A DNA stretch of 64,000 nucleotides, taken from NCBI GenBank assembly GCA_049601975.1, contig JBMYRC010000003.1, positions 11,665 through 75,664 on the forward strand, written 5' to 3'. The notes under the pieces are model-generated. The model was not told the DNA's origin. It was given only the letters and a program-made list of their open reading frames with translations, and ran no database searches. Positions 59,382 to 64,000 of this stretch are shown here, piece by piece. Origin of the DNA: Alphaproteobacteria bacterium (GTDB lineage: Bacteria; Pseudomonadota; Alphaproteobacteria; UBA8366). A program made the translations under genes and the position numbers. The first letter of the stretch is position 1, and every line of letters begins with the position of its first letter.

Positions 59382-60719
59382 ATGAGTGACCGGGAACAAT
59401 GGGGATCGCTCAGCGGCTTTGTGTTGTCCACCATCGGCGCCGCTGTCGGTATCGGCAATATTTGGCGATTCTCCTATGTCGCGGGGGAAAATAGCGGCGC
59501 TGCTTGCCTATTGATTTACTTAGCTTGCGTTGTTCTCGTCGGCCTTCCGCTTCTCATCGCCGAACTATCCCTGGGCCGCCGAGCACAAGGCGATGCGGTA
59601 AGCGCGTTCGAAAATGCCGATGGCCGTGGGTATTGGCGCTATTTGGGTTGGATTTGCTTATTCGGCGCTACGTTGATTCTCGGTTACTACGCTGTTATCG
59701 CAGGTTGGGCTTTGAAGTATTTCGTCGGTGCCGCAACCGGTACCCTTTGGGCAACTGCGGAGGCCAGATTCGGTGTCCTCTTCCAATCATTCATCGCCGA
59801 CCATGGCGAGCCGATCATCTGGCAAGGCGTCATGCTGGTGGCCGCTGTGCTGGGCGTGGCAGGAGGTATTAAAAGTGGGATCGAGAGAATAAACCGATGG
59901 CCTATGCCGGTTCTCGCAATTCTAATCATCCTGTAGGCAATCTACGCCTTGACCCTGCCGAATGCCGATCGCGGTCTCCGTTTCCTGTTCGAGCCCGATT
60001 GGTCGGTCTTCACTGAACCTACCGTCTATATTGCTGCTTTGGGCCAAGCTTTCTTCTCTATCGGTCTCGGCATGGCGATCTTTACAACCTTTGGAAGCTA
60101 TATACCGGCGAGTTTTTCTCTGCCCTCATCGGCGGCGATCACTGCATTTGGCGATTCCTTTTTCGCGATTATCGCAGGTATTGCTATCTTCCCGGCCGTA
60201 TTTTCCTTTGGCGTCGACCCAAAGGCTGGCCCGGAGCTCGCCTTTATCACGCTGCCGCAAATATTTCTCCAAATGCCAGGCGGATATTTCGTCGGCGCCA
60301 TATTTTTCCTATTGCTTTCCGCAGCCGCGTTTACGTCGATGATGGCGCTTTTGGAGGTCCCTGTCGCACTCGCCGTTCAACGATTGGGATGCCGCAGACG
60401 AACCGCTACAACGGTCATCGGCATCTTGGCCTTCGTGCTCGGACTTCCAGCGGCGATGAGGTTCGGGCTCTTATCGGACATTCAGATGAGCGGGCGGGGA
60501 TTATTAGATGCCGTCGACGCGATGGTGTCGAATTTCTTGCTCCCCATGGGTGGCATCCTAATCGCGGTATTCGTCGGCTGGCACGTCAACCGCACACATG
60601 CGCTCCATGACGCTAACCTCACGAACACTCGATTAGGTAGCCTATGGATTTGGCTCCTGCGCTACCTGGTCCCCATAACCATTACCGCCATGCTGCTGCA
60701 ATCGATCGGCGTTATCTGA
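59382..60719 (+). pseudogene. NSS-family sodium-dependent transporter with one in-frame TAG
   Basis: REQWGS..GAAVGIGNIWRF; TAG at 59934-59936, then the same frame continues (AIYALT...ALGQAFFS). Confidence 0.85.
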
Positions 60720-60730
60720 AGCCGCAAGCT

Positions 60731-62122
60731 CTATGCGGCCAGCAATTCCGTCGCCCGTGCCCGTGCCGCTCTCGCTTGTCCGCTTTCGTTACAGGCGTCC
60801 AGCGCGTTGGCGTACATTTTCCAGGACGGGGCACTGGTCGGGCAATCCGTGGTCCGTTCGGCCAATAGGGCCCGCGCATAGGCGTGTTGGCCGTCTTGTA
60901 TCGCGGAATCGATCAGCATTCGCAGCCAGACGTCGCGCTGCGCCCAACTACCGCCAAGCGGCACCATCCGGTAGCGGGCACCGGACATAACTTCGACGAC
61001 GCGCGGGTACTCCTTCTCCGCATAAGCGATGATAGATTCACCGACCGGTATGCCCGCACCCCTATAGACGTCGACCAGGGTAATCCCCTTGCCGTCATTC
61101 TCCGCCACATAGGACCGCATGGAGGCCAAAATTTCTCTCGCCGCGTCCATCCGGCCACTGCGCGTCAGCGCCATGATGAAATGCAGATCGTTGAACGGGC
61201 GCATCCGGTCTTTCGTCCGACCGGCGCAAATGTTGCCAACGGACTCCCAACGGTCGCCGACATCGATCCCCAACATGGAAAGTCGCATCAACATGCTCGA
61301 CGCGTTGGTGATGTCGATATTGTCTTCCGACGGCGCTGGCCAATATTCACGGTCAAAGGCCGCCATCACATCGTCAAACCGCTCTAGCTCAAGGTAATGC
61401 AATGCTCGATGCCACCACATGTGACGGGCAAATATACCGCGCTTCTTCCAAGCTTCCTCGTGCTCGTCAATCCACTGAATGCCGTCCAGGCGACGTCCCT
61501 GCCCTTCCAGCACATGGCCGACGCAATGCCCGGCCCAGACATCGGCTTCGTTGATCTCCACCGCGCGGCGTCCCATGGGCTCCGCTTGTTTGAAGTCGTG
61601 GCTTTCTTCCAGCGAGAAGGCGCGGCACCCCAACACGAAACCATAACCCGGTACATCTTCGCTCCAACGCGGCATCACCCGCGCCATAGAATCCCGCATC
61701 AAATCCAGGTCACCGAGGAAGAAATGCATGGTGTGGGCAATGCGCAAAGCCAGAATATCGTGAGGATACTCGACCAGGATTTGCTCCCAGATCGAATTAG
61801 TTTTGCGAATGTCGCCATCGACCCAAGCGGCGAGTGCCTCCACATGCATTTTCTCGCGCGGGTTGGCGGTGGCGGCGAGCGACTTCGCTTTCTCAAACGC
61901 ATCATTGCTACCTTGGATCAAATGCGCCTGCTGCGGCAAACGCATGAAATATCCGCGCACACATTGTCCCATGATCATCTCGGGATCGGATTCGTTGACG
62001 TGCTTCAACAACACCGCCGCGTCGCGGCCGGACGCCAAAAATTCGTCAATGGTCGCGTCGAACGCGTCGACCGCCTCTTGGCTCGACGCCGTCATTTCCA
62101 ATCCGCGTGTATCTTTGAACAT
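60731..62122 (-). CDS. Tetratricopeptide repeat protein 38-like
   Basis: AFSLEE, DVWAGH..HV.E, H.WWH.AL, GGSWAQRDV. Confidence 0.82.
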   Translation of the reverse strand: MFKDTRGLEMTASSQEAVDAFDATIDEFLASGRDAAVLLKHVNESDPEMIMGQCVRGYFMRLPQQAHLIQGSNDAFEKAKSLAATANPREKMHVEALAAWVDGDIRKTNSIWEQILVEYPHDILALRIAHTMHFFLGDLDLMRDSMARVMPRWSEDVPGYGFVLGCRAFSLEESHDFKQAEPMGRRAVEINEADVWAGHCVGHVLEGQGRRLDGIQWIDEHEEAWKKRGIFARHMWWHRALHYLELERFDDVMAAFDREYWPAPSEDNIDITNASSMLMRLSMLGIDVGDRWESVGNICAGRTKDRMRPFNDLHFIMALTRSGRMDAAREILASMRSYVAENDGKGITLVDVYRGAGIPVGESIIAYAEKEYPRVVEVMSGARYRMVPLGGSWAQRDVWLRMLIDSAIQDGQHAYARALLAERTTDCPTSAPSWKMYANALDACNESGQARAARARATELLAA

Positions 62123-62145
62123 TTCGCAGGTCCTTTCTTTTTCTC

Positions 62146-63726
62146 TTACCAGACGCCGAACAAGTATCCGCGTTCCTTGGCCATGCCCGTCCGCGCCGCG
62201 ATTTCCTTATTACTCAGCGACGTCCGTAGTTTCCGCTTCCGCAACCATTCGAAGATACGGTCCGACATTTCGCGACGCACTTCTTCATGTCCCAGATCTT
62301 CGCCGAGATCTATTAATTCGCCTGGATCATTATCCATATCGAAGAGCTGCGGACGGAACCCCTCGTACAAGATAAATTTCCAACGGTCGGTACGGACCAT
62401 GAAGGACCGGCAATCTTCCGGCCCCATCGCTAATGTATTACGGGCATGGCGCACCGCGTAGTCGCATTCGCAGAAAGCCGCGTCTCGCCACGCCACGTCC
62501 GCGTCGCCCCGCAACAGCGGCGCTAGGGAACGTCCCTCCAGCCAATGATCGGGAATTTCGTCACATCCCGCCAAGTCCATGAAAGTCGGTATCAGGTCGA
62601 TACTCTCGACAAGGCGGTCGTCCTGCGTCCCCCGCGTCCCGTCGGCCGATGCATCCGGGTCGGCAACGATCATCGGGATGCGGGCGGCCGCGTCGTAGAA
62701 CAACTCTTTCTCACCGAGCCAGTGATCACCCAAATAGTCGCCGTGGTCGCTGGTCAGCACGACGATCGTATTCTCAAGCTGTCCACTTTCCTCCAGGAAC
62801 GCAATCAATCGCCCGATATGATCGTCGAGCTCGCTGATCAATCCCATATAGGCGGGGATGACCGTCTCGCGGCATTCGTCGCGGCTGAAGTTCACGCTCT
62901 CTTCGTGCTGGCCAAAGGCGTCGACGACCGGATGCCGGTTCTCCAACTCCTTCTTGTCGCGGTTCGCAGCTTTGATCATATTCGGACCGTACATCGCGTG
63001 ATAGGGATCAGGCGCCATATAAGGCCAGTGCGGCTTGATATAAGAGAGGTGCATACACCACGGTGCATCACCCAATTCCCCTATCTTCGCCATCGCGAGA
63101 TCGGTCATATAGGCGGTCTCCGAATGCTCGCGCGCGACCCGCGCCGGAAGGCCAACGTTGCGCATGTGCCAACCGCTCAAGATTTCACCGTCGGGGCCCT
63201 CCGCCGAGTTCGCGACGGTATGCCATGGGTTGTCGCCCCCTTCATACCCCTTCTCGCGCAGAAACCGATTGTATGCCAAATCCGGATCGGCGCTTTGGTC
63301 CGGATGCAATCCGTCGTCACGCTCCCAAGGCTCGAAACCGGATTCGCTGAGCAAGAGCCCGAGATCTCCGGTCGGTGGAAGTCCGAGCTTTTCCATACCG
63401 GCCACATCGCGCCGAAAATGTGTTTTGCCGACAAGGCCCACCCGATATCCCAAGGGCCGTAAATGGTCGCCCATCGTGCGCTCATCCACGCGGACTGGAA
63501 TATTGTTGTAGGTCCCGCCATGGGTAAACATGTACCGCCCGGTATAGAAAGACATGCGCGACGGCCCGCAAACCGCAGCCTGGCAATAGGTGCGGGAGAA
63601 GTTCACGCCACGCGCCGCCAATGCGTCGATATGAGGCGTCTTTATCGTCGGATGTCCGGTACAGCCGAGATAGTCGTAGCGGAGTTGATCCGCCATGATG
63701 AATAGGATGTTCTTGGGCTTGGCCAT
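62146..63726 (-). CDS. Sulfatase / phosphonate monoester hydrolase family
   Basis: NILFIMADQLR, formylglycine motif CGPSR, GKTH, KPHWPY, TSDHGD. Confidence 0.9.
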   Translation of the reverse strand: MAKPKNILFIMADQLRYDYLGCTGHPTIKTPHIDALAARGVNFSRTYCQAAVCGPSRMSFYTGRYMFTHGGTYNNIPVRVDERTMGDHLRPLGYRVGLVGKTHFRRDVAGMEKLGLPPTGDLGLLLSESGFEPWERDDGLHPDQSADPDLAYNRFLREKGYEGGDNPWHTVANSAEGPDGEILSGWHMRNVGLPARVAREHSETAYMTDLAMAKIGELGDAPWCMHLSYIKPHWPYMAPDPYHAMYGPNMIKAANRDKKELENRHPVVDAFGQHEESVNFSRDECRETVIPAYMGLISELDDHIGRLIAFLEESGQLENTIVVLTSDHGDYLGDHWLGEKELFYDAAARIPMIVADPDASADGTRGTQDDRLVESIDLIPTFMDLAGCDEIPDHWLEGRSLAPLLRGDADVAWRDAAFCECDYAVRHARNTLAMGPEDCRSFMVRTDRWKFILYEGFRPQLFDMDNDPGELIDLGEDLGHEEVRREMSDRIFEWLRKRKLRTSLSNKEIAARTGMAKERGYLFGVW

Positions 63727-63840
63727 GCGGACAATCCTCCACAGATTCGGAGATTGATCTAGCCCCGATATATTGAACCGCCACGGCTTTCTTTTCGCCT
63801 TTGTGCGGTTATTCTGGGTGGCAACAATGGGAGAGTCTCG

Positions 63841-64000
63841 ATGGACGCAAAAAACCTGCTGATCCTGATGTCGGATGAACACGATCCGCGCTATACGAGG
63901 TGTTACGGACATCCGTTCGTACAAACACCCAATATCGATCGGCTAGCCGAAAACGGCACCAGGTTCGAGACCGCCTATACGCCCTGCCCGATCTGTGTGC
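63841..64000 (+). CDS. Sulfatase (choline-sulfatase-like), N-terminus only
   Basis: MDAKNLLILMSDEH...TPNIDRLA..GTRF..AYTPCPICV; runs off the window edge. Confidence 0.82.
   Translation, partial: MDAKNLLILMSDEHDPRYTRCYGHPFVQTPNIDRLAENGTRFETAYTPCPICV

Noticed and set aside
58040-59389. 449-aa plus-strand ORF
   Set aside because: Antisense shadow of the acyl-CoA dehydrogenase, with no recognisable motifs.
59934-59936. In-frame TAG in the NSS transporter as pyrrolysine or programmed readthrough
   Set aside because: It falls in a hydrophobic TM helix where Leu (TTG) fits, and no pyl genes are present; a nonsense mutation or error is simpler.
61397-63462. 354-aa and 305-aa plus-strand ORFs
   Set aside because: Antisense shadows of the TTC38-like and sulfatase genes, expected at high GC.
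1-64000. CRISPR arrays, tRNA/rRNA genes, IS elements
   Set aside because: No regularly spaced repeats, RNA-gene signatures or transposase ORFs seen by eye; a covariance-model scan, including for selC, was not possible.

Overview
64 kb of a GC-rich bacterial chromosome. Gene content suggests an alphaproteobacterium, possibly a marine MAG (inference). The window is mostly catabolic: a TRAP system with an ADP-forming acyl-CoA ligase, ggt, a Rieske oxygenase cluster with a truncated duplicate of the alpha gene, two D-aminoacylase-family enzymes, guaA, soeABC, pdxA, an aerobic benzoyl-CoA (box) cluster, a BVMO/acyl-CoA dehydrogenase pair and two sulfatases. The main highlight is a probable selenoprotein that the ORF track splits in two (25217-25741). 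It has an in-frame UGA in a U-G-S-C-x-x-C motif resembling glycine-reductase GrdB, and lies directly downstream of an uncharacterised protein ending in CxxC. Other highlights are a box cluster with a flavodoxin but no boxA and with TGCA-N6-TGCA operators, and a decayed copy of the guaA 3' end marking an island remnant. About 11 genes are disrupted, and recurrent AT-rich patches overwrite coding sequence; both may be assembly artefacts. No rRNA, tRNA, CRISPR array, transposase or intact integrase was seen. All calls come from reading the sequence by eye, with no database searches.
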